Of a stretch of DNA of 64,000 bases, positions 35,930-46,672 are shown piece by piece (the stretch's first letter is position 1; every line of letters begins with the position of its first letter). This DNA is from Rhodospirillales bacterium (GTDB lineage: Bacteria; Pseudomonadota; Alphaproteobacteria; MPNO01; UBA2964): assembly GCA_038120295.1 (NCBI GenBank), contig JAYOLL010000008.1, positions 40,810 to 104,809 on the forward strand, read 5' to 3'. The notes beneath the pieces are model-generated. The model was given only the letters and a program-made list of their open reading frames with translations, did not search any database and had not been told where the DNA came from. A program made the position numbers and the translations under genes.

Positions 35930-37822
35930 ATGATCGAAGCGATGCGGGGAACGGCGGTCAAATGGGTCATCAGGATCCTTGCCTGTCTGCTGATCCTGTC
36001 CTTCGCCGTCTGGGGCGTCGGGGACATCATCCCGACCCGGACCGCCGACCAGACAGTCGCGAGCGTGGGCGGTACGACAATCGAATACGAGAACGCCTCT
36101 TCGGAAGTAGGTCGCCTGCTTAACCTCATGCGCCGGCAGGTTGGACCTGACTTCGACCTTGAGCAGGCCGCACGACTCGGCCTGATCGACCAGACCGTCG
36201 ACCAGATGGTGAATGGGCGTCTGCTCGAACTGGAAGCGGCGACTCTCAAACTTGCCGTGGGCGAGGAACTGATCCGGCAGACGATTTTCGCCGATCCACG
36301 GTTTCAGGGACCGGGCAACCGGTTCGACCGAACCGCCTATGAGCAAACATTGCGACAGGAAGGCATCTCGGAAGGCATGTTCGTGTCGATCATCCGGGAA
36401 AACATCCTGCGGCGCCAGATCAGCAGCGCGCTGACCTCGTCGTCGCGGGTGCCCTCGGCGATGCTCGATGCCATTTACCGGTACCGTAACGAACAAAGAG
36501 TGGCCGACGTGGTCACGGTCCCCGCCGGCCAAATCGCCGATATCCCGGAACCCTCGCCCGCCGAACTCGCAAAGTTCCACAAGGAAAATCCCGCGCGTTT
36601 TACAAAACCCGAGACACGATCGCTGACGCTGGTTTACCTCGACCCGGCAAAGGCCGCGAAGGAACTCCGCCCGGACGAGAAGCGAATTCTGGAAGAATAC
36701 GAAATTCGCAAGGAAACGCAGGGCATCCCTGAGCGTCGCGCGCTCGAACAGGTTTTGCTCCAGGACGAAGAAGCCGCCGCGAAAATTGCTGCCGCGGTGA
36801 AACAGGGCTCATCCCTTGACGACGCCGCGAAGAGTAACGGCGCGACGGTTTCGTTCCTGGGCGCGCTTGCCCGCCGCGACCTGCCCGCCCCGGTGGCCAC
36901 AGCGGCATTTGCCCTTCCGGCGGGCGGCGTAACAAGCCCGGTCAAGACAGCCCTCGGCTGGCACGTACTCAGGGTCAGGAACATCGAACCCGGCCGGACT
37001 CCGACGCTCGAAGCCCTTCAGCCCGTAATCGTGAACGATATTGCCCGTGAAATGGCTGTCGACACCTTTATCGCCCTTACGCAGAAGCTCGACGACGCTC
37101 TGGCGGCCGGCACGCCGCTTCAGGACGCCGCAAATGGCATCGGCGCCCCTGTAACCCGCATCGCCGCACTTGACGCATCCGGCAACGACGGCGACGGCAA
37201 GCCGGTTTCCAATATCCCACGGGACGCCCAGTTCACCGACCTCGTCTTCGGGACAGCCAAGGGCGAAACAACCAATATCGAGGAAGCCCGAGACGGGGGG
37301 TATTACGTTTTCCGGGTCGATGACGTCGTCCCGCCGCAGCTTCAGCCGCTCGATGCCGTCCGGAATCTCGCCATTCAGGCCTGGAAGGAGACACAACTCC
37401 AGGACTCAGCACGCAAGAGGGCCGCCGCGCTGCTGGATACCGCAAAAACCGGCGGTTCGCTCAAGCAGGCCGCGGAGAAAGCCGGACTATCGGTCGTCTC
37501 CAGCAAACCGTTTACACGATTTATCCGCGATCCGAACTCTGCCGTGTCCCCCGCCCTTTCCGCTGAAATCTTCAAGCTAAAGCCCGGCGCTCTGGCGATG
37601 GCCGCTTCCAGGGACGGTTACGCCGTCGGCGAACTAAAAAGCATCGTCGCTGCCGATCCCGGCGCCAACAAGGCCGAAACCGATGCGCTTCGCAGCCAGC
37701 TTCAGGCAGCGCTCGCAAACGATCAGATCGACCAGTATCTCAACAGCCTGCGCAAGCGCTATCCGGTCAAGGTAAATTCGACTGTCGTCCAGACGCTGGT
37801 CACCGGACGCGGCGGAAATTGA
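35930..37822 (+). CDS. ppiD: Peptidyl-prolyl cis-trans isomerase D-like periplasmic chaperone (SurA N-domain + parvulin domain)
   Basis: 630 aa from ATG 35930 (AGGGA SD); N-terminal membrane anchor, parvulin-type PPIase region. Confidence 0.8.
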   Translation: MIEAMRGTAVKWVIRILACLLILSFAVWGVGDIIPTRTADQTVASVGGTTIEYENASSEVGRLLNLMRRQVGPDFDLEQAARLGLIDQTVDQMVNGRLLELEAATLKLAVGEELIRQTIFADPRFQGPGNRFDRTAYEQTLRQEGISEGMFVSIIRENILRRQISSALTSSSRVPSAMLDAIYRYRNEQRVADVVTVPAGQIADIPEPSPAELAKFHKENPARFTKPETRSLTLVYLDPAKAAKELRPDEKRILEEYEIRKETQGIPERRALEQVLLQDEEAAAKIAAAVKQGSSLDDAAKSNGATVSFLGALARRDLPAPVATAAFALPAGGVTSPVKTALGWHVLRVRNIEPGRTPTLEALQPVIVNDIAREMAVDTFIALTQKLDDALAAGTPLQDAANGIGAPVTRIAALDASGNDGDGKPVSNIPRDAQFTDLVFGTAKGETTNIEEARDGGYYVFRVDDVVPPQLQPLDAVRNLAIQAWKETQLQDSARKRAAALLDTAKTGGSLKQAAEKAGLSVVSSKPFTRFIRDPNSAVSPALSAEIFKLKPGALAMAASRDGYAVGELKSIVAADPGANKAETDALRSQLQAALANDQIDQYLNSLRKRYPVKVNSTVVQTLVTGRGGN

Positions 37823-39336
37823 TGAAAGTCGAACCCGGGTTCCCGGTCTTCGAAGAGACGTACGAGGCCGGCGCACCCCAGGTTGTCTGGACCTCTATCG
37901 TCGCCGACCTGGAGACGCCCGTCTCGGCGATGCTCAAGCTTGCCTCGAACCAGCCCAACAGCTTTCTGCTCGAATCCGTCGAAGGCGGAGCGGCCCGCGG
38001 GCGTTATTCGATCATCGGATTGCGGCCGGACCTGATCTGGCGGTGCCGGGGCGACAAGGCAGAAATCAACCGGCTGGCTCTGACGGATACGGACGGTTTC
38101 GCGGCTGAGGCGGACGGGGCGATCGACTCGCTCCGCGCGCTCGTCGAGGAGTCCCGGATCGACCTTCCGGAATCCCTGCCGCCGATGGCGGCCGGGCTGG
38201 TGGGGTATCTCGGCTATGACACCGTTGCGTTGATGGAAAAGATTCCCTCTACGCGCCCCGACCCGCTCGGTCTGCCCGACGGGTTGTTCGTAAGGCCGAC
38301 AATCATGGTCGTGTTCGACACGGTCAAGGATACCGTCACCATCGTGACTCCGGTTCGGCCGGAAAGCGGATCAACTGCATCCCAGGCCTATGAGGCCGCA
38401 ACGCAACGGCTGACCGAAACCATCGACGCTTTCGATCGGCCCCTGCCGCACGACGCCTCGACCCAGCCGGAACAGCTCGAACAACACACCCCGCAATCGA
38501 ATACGCCCGAGTCCCGCTATCTTGAGATGGTACGGCGGGCCAAGGAGTATATTTTCGCCGGAGATATTTTTCAGGTCGTCCTGTCGCAGCGCTTCAGCCT
38601 TCCGTTCAGCCTGCCCCCCTTCTCGCTCTACCGGGCGCTTCGCCGCACCAACCCGTCTCCATTCCTGTTCTTTCTCGATTTCGGGGATTTCTCCGTCGTC
38701 GGATCGAGCCCGGAAATTCTGGTCCGGGTACGCGACGGCAAGGTGACCATCCGGCCGCTGGCGGGAACGCGGCCACGTGGCGACACCCGCGCGGCCGACA
38801 GGGCGCTGGCCGACGACCTGCTGTCGGATAAAAAGGAACTTGCCGAGCATCTGATGCTGCTCGACCTGGGACGCAACGATGTCGGCCGCGTCGCAAAGAT
38901 CGGCTCGGTCGAAGTCACCGAGAAGATGGTGATCGAGCGCTATTCGCACGTGATGCATATCGTTTCCAACGTCGAAGGCGACCTCGACGCCGACCGGCAC
39001 GACGCTATCGATGCGCTGATTGGCGGCTTTCCCGCCGGCACCGTCTCGGGTGCGCCGAAAATCAGGGCGATGGAAATCATCGACGAGCTGGAGACGGAAA
39101 AGCGCGGCGTTTATGCCGGCACCGTCGGTTATTTCTCAGCCAACGGCACGATGGACACCTGCATCGTGCTGCGCACAGCTCTGGTCAAGGACGGTACGAT
39201 GTATATCCAGTCGGGCGCCGGCATCGTCGCCGACAGCGATCCTGATTCCGAACACCGGGAATGCCAGAACAAGGCGCTCGCCCTCGTCCGCGCCGCAGAG
39301 GAAGCGATCCGCTACGCCGGCGAGCGCAGCAACTGA
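37819..39336 (+). CDS. trpE: Anthranilate synthase component I
   Basis: 505 aa; LLESVEGG, chorismate-binding C-terminal domain GAGIVADS; start overlaps ppiD stop. Confidence 0.93.
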   Translation: MMKVEPGFPVFEETYEAGAPQVVWTSIVADLETPVSAMLKLASNQPNSFLLESVEGGAARGRYSIIGLRPDLIWRCRGDKAEINRLALTDTDGFAAEADGAIDSLRALVEESRIDLPESLPPMAAGLVGYLGYDTVALMEKIPSTRPDPLGLPDGLFVRPTIMVVFDTVKDTVTIVTPVRPESGSTASQAYEAATQRLTETIDAFDRPLPHDASTQPEQLEQHTPQSNTPESRYLEMVRRAKEYIFAGDIFQVVLSQRFSLPFSLPPFSLYRALRRTNPSPFLFFLDFGDFSVVGSSPEILVRVRDGKVTIRPLAGTRPRGDTRAADRALADDLLSDKKELAEHLMLLDLGRNDVGRVAKIGSVEVTEKMVIERYSHVMHIVSNVEGDLDADRHDAIDALIGGFPAGTVSGAPKIRAMEIIDELETEKRGVYAGTVGYFSANGTMDTCIVLRTALVKDGTMYIQSGAGIVADSDPDSEHRECQNKALALVRAAEEAIRYAGERSN

Positions 39337-39349
39337 CTATCTGAACTGA

Positions 39350-39832
39350 TTATCCGATAAGGCGAAGAACCACCGACGTTTCGATCTGACGTTCGGGAAT
39401 GCTCCAGTAGGTCTGAAGCAGACGACGCGTTTCGTCCCCGTCTTCCATGACGAATCCGTTCCGCCGGTAAAAGTCGATGGCCCATATCGCCGCGGCCCAG
39501 GTGCCGACGAGCACCGGCGACGAGACGCCGCGGACAAGATCGTCCAGAAGAGCGCCGCCTATTCCGCCGCGCTGGGCCTCTGGCGCGACATAGGCATGAC
39601 GGATCAGGAAAACGTCCTTTACCGGCTGTCCGCCCATGACCCCGGCCAGGCACCCGTCGGCCTCATAAATACGAAACGCCACGCCCGCCGCAATTTCGGC
39701 CTCAAGATCATCGGCCGACATATAGGGCTCGTGCCACCGATCCGCCGGGATCGCTCCGCGATACGCCTCAGCGGCCTGGTTGACGATGCCGAGAACGCCG
39801 TAAAAATCTTCCTGTTCGAAATCCCTGATCAT
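39350..39832 (-). CDS. GNAT family N-acetyltransferase
   Basis: 160 aa from ATG 39832; acetyl-CoA motif RGGIGGALL. Confidence 0.75.
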   Translation of the reverse strand: MIRDFEQEDFYGVLGIVNQAAEAYRGAIPADRWHEPYMSADDLEAEIAAGVAFRIYEADGCLAGVMGGQPVKDVFLIRHAYVAPEAQRGGIGGALLDDLVRGVSSPVLVGTWAAAIWAIDFYRRNGFVMEDGDETRRLLQTYWSIPERQIETSVVLRLIG

Positions 39833-40506
39833 CCCCGTCCCCTGAGCTGCGCCCGATTGACCACGGCGCTGAGCGGCGCCAGCACGAAGCCGCGCTCCTC
39901 CAAACGCGAAAGCCACTGACGCAGGGCTGCGATGGTAGCGTCCCGAGGATGGCCGATAACGACCACCGCCCCATCGCGGCGGGCTATACGCTCCGCTTCC
40001 TGCATCTGACGGGCGACCGCGGCGGGGGCAGGATCATTGTCGAGGAAAACCCTCCTTTCGGCAAAGGGCACGGCGAAGTCCCGGGCGAGTTCAGCCGCGA
40101 CGCTCCTGGCAGTCGTACGGGAATCGAGAAAAAGGAGACCGCGATTCTTGAGCTCCCGCATCAGTCTGGTCATGCCAGGCCGGTCGGCGGTGAAGCGCCT
40201 TCCCATATGATTGTTGATACCGACAAACCCCGAAAATCGTTGGAGCGCCCAGTCTATCCGACGAACGAGCTCCTTTTCGGAGAGTCCGACCTCAAGAACG
40301 TTCGTCCCCATATCGTCGCGGACATGTTCCGGTTCCATCGGAACATGAACCAGAAGTTCGTGCCCCGCCTCGCGGGCCCTTCGCGTCTGCCTTGAAAGAT
40401 CGCCGGCATAACTCAGGAACGACATCGTCAGCGGTCCGCGAAGAGCCATGATTTCCGCCGTTCGACGCCGGTCCATCCCCAGGTCGTCGATAACGATTGC
40501 AACCAT
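39829..40506 (-). CDS. Divergent polysaccharide deacetylase (YibQ-like) catalytic domain; probably C-terminal part of a gene interrupted by in-frame TAA at 40576-40578
   Basis: 225 aa from first ATG; reading frame is open a further 23 codons upstream to the TAA and is the same frame as ORF 40576-41211. Confidence 0.6.
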   Translation of the reverse strand: MVAIVIDDLGMDRRRTAEIMALRGPLTMSFLSYAGDLSRQTRRAREAGHELLVHVPMEPEHVRDDMGTNVLEVGLSEKELVRRIDWALQRFSGFVGINNHMGRRFTADRPGMTRLMRELKNRGLLFLDSRTTARSVAAELARDFAVPFAERRVFLDNDPAPAAVARQMQEAERIARRDGAVVVIGHPRDATIAALRQWLSRLEERGFVLAPLSAVVNRAQLRGRG

Positions 40507-40575
40507 CGACCTGGCTTTGACCGGAGCGAATACGACCGAATGACGCCGCCACGTCTCATCGACACGATCTTTCGA

Positions 40576-41211
40576 TTAAACCGCGATAATGTTCCCGGAG
40601 GGCGTTCGACCGAAAACCGGCATCGCATCGAGAACAACCTCCGAAACGACCGCCGCCGGCAAAAAGTCCGCTGGAGACAATACCGGTCTGGCGGCCTCTT
40701 CCATAATCGACGACGACGCCGGCTCGATCTCGACGAGGGCTTCCAGAAGCGAGGGCTCAACGGGGCGCAACGACACAAGCAGTTCGGACGCAGGCGGTTC
40801 GGAAGCAGGCAACTTGTATGCAGGAGGATGGATCGGCTGCGCCGAGTCGTCTCGCAACTCTGCAAAGGTTTCGGTTTTCAGGTGAGAGGATTCTTGAGCA
40901 GACTGATCGACCTCGACGATCTGTGTCGCCGTACCCTTCTCGTCGGATATCTCCCTGTCCGTGCTCAATCCCATGAGGACGGCGAGCCCAAACGCAAGAT
41001 AGGGAACAATGGCGGTTCGATTTACACTTTGGCCCCACCCGGCAGATATATTTTTCAGGTCGATGCCCAGACGCGTTGCAGACGCCGTCAGGCGCGTCCC
41101 CCACTTCCGGCGAAACAGGCTGAACCCGTAGGATCCCGGCTTCAGGGATCTAAGCAACCGGAAGGACGCATACTCGACCGAAGCTCTCAGCCGGTGCGCA
41201 TCCCAGACCAT
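40576..41211 (-). CDS. Membrane-anchored hypothetical protein; candidate N-terminal portion of the split YibQ-like gene
   Basis: 211 aa; one TM helix (VPYLAFGLAVLMGL) then Pro/Ala/Ser-rich linker; ATG lies 2 nt after copA stop. Confidence 0.45.
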   Translation of the reverse strand: MVWDAHRLRASVEYASFRLLRSLKPGSYGFSLFRRKWGTRLTASATRLGIDLKNISAGWGQSVNRTAIVPYLAFGLAVLMGLSTDREISDEKGTATQIVEVDQSAQESSHLKTETFAELRDDSAQPIHPPAYKLPASEPPASELLVSLRPVEPSLLEALVEIEPASSSIMEEAARPVLSPADFLPAAVVSEVVLDAMPVFGRTPSGNIIAV

Positions 41212-41213
41212 TT

Positions 41214-43559
41214 TTACAGACGAATCCGGTTGAGCCTGAGCGCGTTTCCGATAACCGACACCGAACTCATGCTCATCGCCGCCGCGGCGAACATCGGCGA
41301 AACCAGGATCCCGGTGAAGGGGAAGAGAATGCCGGCGGCGACAGGCACGCCGAGCGCATTGTAGACCAGTGCAAAAAACAGGTTCTGCCTGATATTGCGC
41401 ATGGTCCCCCGCGCCAATCGACGCGCCCTGACAATCCCGGAGAGGTCGCCCTTGACCAGCGTTATGCCAGCGCTCTCGATCGCGACGTCAGCGCCTGTGC
41501 CCATGGCGATGCCGACATCCGCCCGGGCGAGCGCCGGTGCATCGTTAACCCCGTCTCCCGCCATCGCCACTTTCCGGCCCTGAGCCTGGAATTGCTTAAC
41601 CAGCGCCGCCTTGTGCTCAGGAAGAACGCCGGCATGGATTTCATCGATCCCCAGACGCCTTGCCACCGCCAACGCGGTACGTTCGCTGTCGCCGGTCGCC
41701 ATAACGATCCTCAGACCTTCGCGACGAAGCGAACTCAGAGCTTCGGCTGCAGTTTCCTTGATCGGGTCCGCGACCGACAGCAGCCCCGCAACGGTTCCGT
41801 CGACAACAACGAACATGACGGTTTCGCCATCGTCGCGCCGCGCATACGCCTCTGCCGCCAGCCCGTTCCCATCGACACCCATCTCTTCAAGCAACCGTTC
41901 GTTCCCGAGCGTTACCCGTCTTCCTCCAACCGATCCCCTGACGCCTTTTCCGGTAAGCGACCGAAAATCCGTCGCACCGGCAAGAACCGTGCGCCTTTCC
42001 TTCGCGCCCGCAACAATGGCCTCGGCCAACGGATGCTCCGACCCCTGTTCGACGCTCGCAGCAAGGCTCAGGAGTTCATTGTCTTCAAAACCGGGCGCCG
42101 ACAGCACCGAAGCAAGCCGGGGCTTGCCTTCCGTCAGCGTCCCCGTCTTGTCGACAATCAGCGTGTCCACGGCAGCAAACCGCTCCAGGGCCTCGGCGTT
42201 CCGGATCAGGACGCCTGCCGCAGCACCGCGGCCGGTTGCCGTCATGACAGACATCGGTGTCGCAAGGCCAAGCGCGCACGGACAGGCAATGATGAGCACG
42301 GCCACCGCGCTCACCAGCGCATAGGCAAACGCCGGTGCCGGTCCCCAGAACGCCCAGGCCACAAATGTGATTATCGAGACCAGCACCACTGTGGGAACGA
42401 AATAGCCGGCAACTGAATCTGCAACGCTTTGTATAGGCGCGCGGCTTCGCTGCGCCGCCGCAACCATTTCTATGATCCGGCTCAGCATAGTATCGGACCC
42501 GACGCGCTTAGCCTCCATTACCAGGGCGCCGGTTCCGTTGATGGTCGCACCCGTAACCGCGTCGCCTTCCGATTTCTCGACCGGGATCGGCTCTCCGGAG
42601 ATCATCGATTCATCAACCGATGAAAGCCCTTCCAGAACCAGCCCGTCGACCGGAATTTTCTCTCCGGGACGCACGCGCAGCCGGTCGCCGACCTTTACGC
42701 CCTCCAGCGGAATGTCGTCCTCGCTACCGTCGGCCCGGATGATCCGTGCGCTCTTCGCCGACAGGTCCAGCAAAGCGCGCAAGGCTGCTCCCGTGCGTTC
42801 CCGCGCGCCCAGCTCCATTATTTGCCCCAGCAGGACGAGGACCACGATCACAGCGCCCGCTTCAAAATAGACGCCGACATACCCGTTGCTGTCGCGGAAA
42901 CCATCCGGGAAAAGACCAGGTGCGACTACGGCAACGACGCTGAACAAATAGGACGACGCCACTCCGATCGCGATCAGAGTGAACATGTTCAGGTTCCAGG
43001 TCCGTATTGAGTTCCAGCCCCGTTGCAGAAACGGGAAACCGGCCCACAGGACAACCGGTGTCGACAGCAGGAATTCCGCCCACAGCGACACCGCTTCTCC
43101 CAACGATTCCCGTATCGCGCCAAATCCCAGATGCGGCGCCATCGCGAGAATCAGGACAGGTAGCGTCAGGACGGTGCCGATCAGGAACCGCCGCCTGAAA
43201 TCCACCAGTTCGGGATTGGGACCTTGATCGCCGGTGGGAATTCCCATCGGCTCCAGCGCCATGCCACAGATCGGACAGGCCCCCGGGCCCACCTGTTCAA
43301 TTTCCGGATCCATGGGACAGGTAAAGATCGTCCCTTCAGGCGCCTCTTCCGCAGCCTTGCGGTGGGCCCCCGACAGATAATGCACAGGGTCACCGGAGAA
43401 CTTGTCGCAACAACCCTGACAGCAGAAATGATAGGTTTCGTTCTCATGCTCGAAAGACGGTTTACCGACATTGAGCTTGACGGTCATGCCGCAGACCGGA
43501 TCGATCGCCGTCGCTTCTTCTTCACCTCCTGCGAGGTGCATATGGCAATGATCGGTCAT
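41214..43559 (-). CDS. copA: Heavy-metal (copper) translocating P1B-type ATPase
   Basis: About 780 aa; TM CPC motif, [15 protein letters not shown]; N-terminal TRASH/YHS-like cysteine cluster and CPICG motif. ATG at 43559 has GAAGGA SD; alternative GTG at 43595. Confidence 0.9.
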   Translation of the reverse strand: MTDHCHMHLAGGEEEATAIDPVCGMTVKLNVGKPSFEHENETYHFCCQGCCDKFSGDPVHYLSGAHRKAAEEAPEGTIFTCPMDPEIEQVGPGACPICGMALEPMGIPTGDQGPNPELVDFRRRFLIGTVLTLPVLILAMAPHLGFGAIRESLGEAVSLWAEFLLSTPVVLWAGFPFLQRGWNSIRTWNLNMFTLIAIGVASSYLFSVVAVVAPGLFPDGFRDSNGYVGVYFEAGAVIVVLVLLGQIMELGARERTGAALRALLDLSAKSARIIRADGSEDDIPLEGVKVGDRLRVRPGEKIPVDGLVLEGLSSVDESMISGEPIPVEKSEGDAVTGATINGTGALVMEAKRVGSDTMLSRIIEMVAAAQRSRAPIQSVADSVAGYFVPTVVLVSIITFVAWAFWGPAPAFAYALVSAVAVLIIACPCALGLATPMSVMTATGRGAAAGVLIRNAEALERFAAVDTLIVDKTGTLTEGKPRLASVLSAPGFEDNELLSLAASVEQGSEHPLAEAIVAGAKERRTVLAGATDFRSLTGKGVRGSVGGRRVTLGNERLLEEMGVDGNGLAAEAYARRDDGETVMFVVVDGTVAGLLSVADPIKETAAEALSSLRREGLRIVMATGDSERTALAVARRLGIDEIHAGVLPEHKAALVKQFQAQGRKVAMAGDGVNDAPALARADVGIAMGTGADVAIESAGITLVKGDLSGIVRARRLARGTMRNIRQNLFFALVYNALGVPVAAGILFPFTGILVSPMFAAAAMSMSSVSVIGNALRLNRIRL

Positions 43560-43735
43560 TGATTGCCGGTCCTTCGGCTGAAATCGCGAAGTCACTTCAG
43601 GTTCCGTACAATATCGATCCTGCTGTTTGAAGTGGCAAGCGCCCTGAAAGGTTCCAGATACTGCGTTGCTTTCGCGAGCCCTCCATACCTGATATAACCA
43701 ACTCGCATTCGCAGAAGCGCGGCCAAGTCATTGAA

Positions 43736-44320
43736 ATGATACTGTTAATCGATAATTACGACAGTTTCGCCTACAACCTCGTCCACTTTCTCGGTGAACT
43801 CGGGGCCGAGTGCGTCGTTCACCGCAACGATGCGCTATCCGTTACGGAAGCTCTGTCGTTGCGACCGGACGGCATCGTTCTTTCGCCAGGGCCCTGCGAT
43901 CCGGATGGCGCGGGTATCTGCCTCGAGCTTGCAAGCAAGGCGGGCGACACCCCCCTCCTCGGCGTGTGCCTCGGTCACCAGTCGATCGCGCAGGCGATGG
44001 GCGCCCGGATCGTTCGCGCACCGCTGCCGATGCATGGCAAGCCCAGTCCGGTCCGTCATCGTGGCGAAAGCGTTTTTGCCGGGCTGCCCGACGGGTTCTC
44101 GGCGATCCGATATCATTCCCTGACGGTTGCTCCGGACAGCGTGCCGGATTGTCTCACGGTTACAGCGGAAACGGACGACGGCGTCATCATGGGTGTAGCC
44201 CATCGCGACCGGCCGCTGCATGGCGTACAGTTTCACCCCGAAAGCATCGACACGGAGCACGGCCACAGGCTGTTGCAGAATTTTCTCGATCTGACGAAGG
44301 AACGGAAGGAAGCGGCATGA
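43736..44320 (+). CDS. trpG: Anthranilate synthase component II (glutamine amidotransferase)
   Basis: 194 aa; catalytic triad context GVCLGHQ, HPES. Confidence 0.93.
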   Translation: MILLIDNYDSFAYNLVHFLGELGAECVVHRNDALSVTEALSLRPDGIVLSPGPCDPDGAGICLELASKAGDTPLLGVCLGHQSIAQAMGARIVRAPLPMHGKPSPVRHRGESVFAGLPDGFSAIRYHSLTVAPDSVPDCLTVTAETDDGVIMGVAHRDRPLHGVQFHPESIDTEHGHRLLQNFLDLTKERKEAA

Positions 44321-45351
44321 ACGGTTCCGCGGACGGCATCAAGCCGCTTCTCAACAAGGTCGCCGGCGGCAACGCGCTGACCGAGGACGAGGCGGGCGAA
44401 GCCTTCAACATTATCATGTCGGGCGATGCGACGCCGGCGCAGATCGGCGCGTTCCTGATGGCGTTGCGCGTCCGCGGGGAAACCGTCGACGAGATCACGG
44501 CGGCAGCGCGGGTCATGCGGGAGAAAGCCACCCACATCGCGGCGCCCGCCGATGCGATCGACATCGTCGGCACAGGCGGCGACGGAGGCGGCACCCTTAA
44601 TATTTCGACCGGCGCCGCGCTCGTAACTGCCGGATGCGGCGTTCCCATCGCCAAGCACGGCAACCGAGCCCTGTCGTCGCGAGCCGGCGCGGCGGACGTG
44701 CTGATGGCGCTCGGCGTCAATATCGACTGCGACATGCCCCTGATCGAGAAGTCCATTCGCGAGGCCGGTATCGGCTTCATGATGGCCCCGCGCCATCACA
44801 GCGCGACGCGCCATGTCGCGGGGCCACGGATCGAACTCGCCACCCGGACTGTGTTCAATATCCTCGGTCCGCTTTCCAACCCCGCCAATGTCGACCGTCT
44901 GCTGGTCGGGGTATTCGCCCGCGAGTGGGTGCGGCCGATGGCGGAAGTGCTGGGCAAGCTCGGCGCGCGCAAAGCCTGGGTCGTTCACGGATCAGACGGG
45001 CTCGACGAGTTGACCACAACCGGACCAAGCTTCGTTTCCGCGCTTGAAAACGGAAGCGTGACGGATTTCGAGGTTTCGCCCGAGGACGCCGGGCTGGCGA
45101 CCGCAGATGCTGCCGACCTGAAAGGCGGCGATGCGGAGGAAAACGCCAGCGCGATGCGCGAAATGCTGGACGGCAAGCCAAGCGCGTTCCGGGACGTCGT
45201 GGTCTATACCGCCGCGGCCGCGCTGGTCGTCGCCGACAAGGCTGGCGATATCGCTGAGGGCGCCAAGATCGCCGCCAATGCCATCTATAGCGGCAAGGCG
45301 AAGCAGGCGCTGGAGGCGATGGTCAGTATCACCAACAGCGGAAAGAGCTGA
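44317..45351 (+). CDS. trpD: Anthranilate phosphoribosyltransferase
   Basis: 345 aa from ATG overlapping trpG stop (ATGA); GTGGDG motif. Confidence 0.93.
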   Translation: MNGSADGIKPLLNKVAGGNALTEDEAGEAFNIIMSGDATPAQIGAFLMALRVRGETVDEITAAARVMREKATHIAAPADAIDIVGTGGDGGGTLNISTGAALVTAGCGVPIAKHGNRALSSRAGAADVLMALGVNIDCDMPLIEKSIREAGIGFMMAPRHHSATRHVAGPRIELATRTVFNILGPLSNPANVDRLLVGVFAREWVRPMAEVLGKLGARKAWVVHGSDGLDELTTTGPSFVSALENGSVTDFEVSPEDAGLATADAADLKGGDAEENASAMREMLDGKPSAFRDVVVYTAAAALVVADKAGDIAEGAKIAANAIYSGKAKQALEAMVSITNSGKS

Positions 45352-45359
45352 CCCTTACC

Positions 45360-46193
45360 ATGTCAGGCGTCATGTCGAACGTTCTCGAACGCATCTGCGC
45401 AGAAAAACAGGTCGCAGTCGACGAGGCTAAATCGGTACGGCCGATCGAACGGGTCCGCGCCGAAGCGGAATCGGCTTCGCCGACGCGCGGCTTTGCCGAT
45501 GCGCTGAGGACCGCCTCTTCGGAAGGCTATGGCCTCATCTCCGAAATCAAGAGAGCCTCGCCAAGCAAGGGGCTGATCCGCGAGGATTTCGACCCCGAAT
45601 CGCTGGCGAAAGCGTACGAGAGCGGCGGCGCGACCTGCCTTTCGGTTCTGACGGACGAACCCTATTTCCAGGGACGCAGCGAACATCTGGTCGCCGCGCG
45701 CGGCGCCGTTTCCCTGCCCGCGCTGCGCAAGGATTTCATGGTCGATCCCTACCAGATTGTCGAGGCGCGCGCGCTTGGCGCGGACTGCATTCTTCTGATC
45801 ATGGCGGCACTGACCGATACGCAGGCGTCCGAATTCGAAGCCCTGGCGTTCGAATACGGCATGGACGTTCTGATTGAAGTGCATGACGAGGAAGAACTTG
45901 AACGCGCTCTGAAGCTCTCTTCCCCGCTGATTGGAGTCAACAACCGTAATCTCAAGACGCTGGAGACCAGCCTGGACAATACCGAGAGGCTGGCCCCGCT
46001 GGTTCCCGCCGACCGGCTGCTGGTCTGCGAAAGCGGCCTCTATACAGCGGACGATCTGGCGCGCATGGCGGCGGTCGGCGCGCGCTGCTTCCTGATCGGG
46101 GAATCGCTGATGCGGCAGGACGACGTTTCCCAGGCGGTGCGAACCCTGCTCGCCAATCCTGTTCCATCTCTTGCACCGGCTGCTTCCGCATGA
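45360..46193 (+). CDS. trpC: Indole-3-glycerol phosphate synthase
   Basis: 277 aa; [21 protein letters not shown]. Confidence 0.93.
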   Translation: MSGVMSNVLERICAEKQVAVDEAKSVRPIERVRAEAESASPTRGFADALRTASSEGYGLISEIKRASPSKGLIREDFDPESLAKAYESGGATCLSVLTDEPYFQGRSEHLVAARGAVSLPALRKDFMVDPYQIVEARALGADCILLIMAALTDTQASEFEALAFEYGMDVLIEVHDEEELERALKLSSPLIGVNNRNLKTLETSLDNTERLAPLVPADRLLVCESGLYTADDLARMAAVGARCFLIGESLMRQDDVSQAVRTLLANPVPSLAPAASA

Positions 46194-46672
46194 CGAACGC
46201 CAAGCTCAGCCATATCGATGAGGACGGCAATGCCTCGATGGTCGACGTTTCCGACAAAGATGTGACGCATCGCGTCGCCACCGCGGCGGGATCGGTCCTG
46301 ATGGCGCCCGAGACGATGGCGCTGATCCGCGACGGCGGCGTCAAGAAGGGCGACGTCATTTCGGTCGCCCGGCTTGCCGGTATCATGGGAGCGAAGAAAA
46401 CGCCCGAGTTGATCCCGCTCTGCCATCCGCTGGCGCTGGAAGCCATCGACGTGGATCTCTCACTCGATCCCGACCGCAATGCCGTCGACATCACGGCAAC
46501 CTGCAGGGTCAGCGGGCGCACCGGCGTGGAGATGGAGGCGCTGACCGCGGTATCGATTGCAGCGCTCACAATCTATGACATGTGCAAGGCGGTCGACCGC
46601 GGCATGCGGTTGACCGATATCCGACTGCTCGCCAAGTCCGGCGGCAGGTCCGGCGACTTCAGGAACGAATAA
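46190..46672 (+). CDS. moaC: Cyclic pyranopterin monophosphate synthase MoaC
   Basis: 160 aa; LSHIDEDG...MVDVS...CHPL motifs. Confidence 0.93.
   Translation: MTNAKLSHIDEDGNASMVDVSDKDVTHRVATAAGSVLMAPETMALIRDGGVKKGDVISVARLAGIMGAKKTPELIPLCHPLALEAIDVDLSLDPDRNAVDITATCRVSGRTGVEMEALTAVSIAALTIYDMCKAVDRGMRLTDIRLLAKSGGRSGDFRNE

Noticed and set aside
43810-45351. 513-aa ORF spanning trpG and trpD
   Set aside because: Its N-terminal 170 aa are an out-of-frame read through trpG. trpD begins at 44317, overlapping the trpG stop (ATGA).
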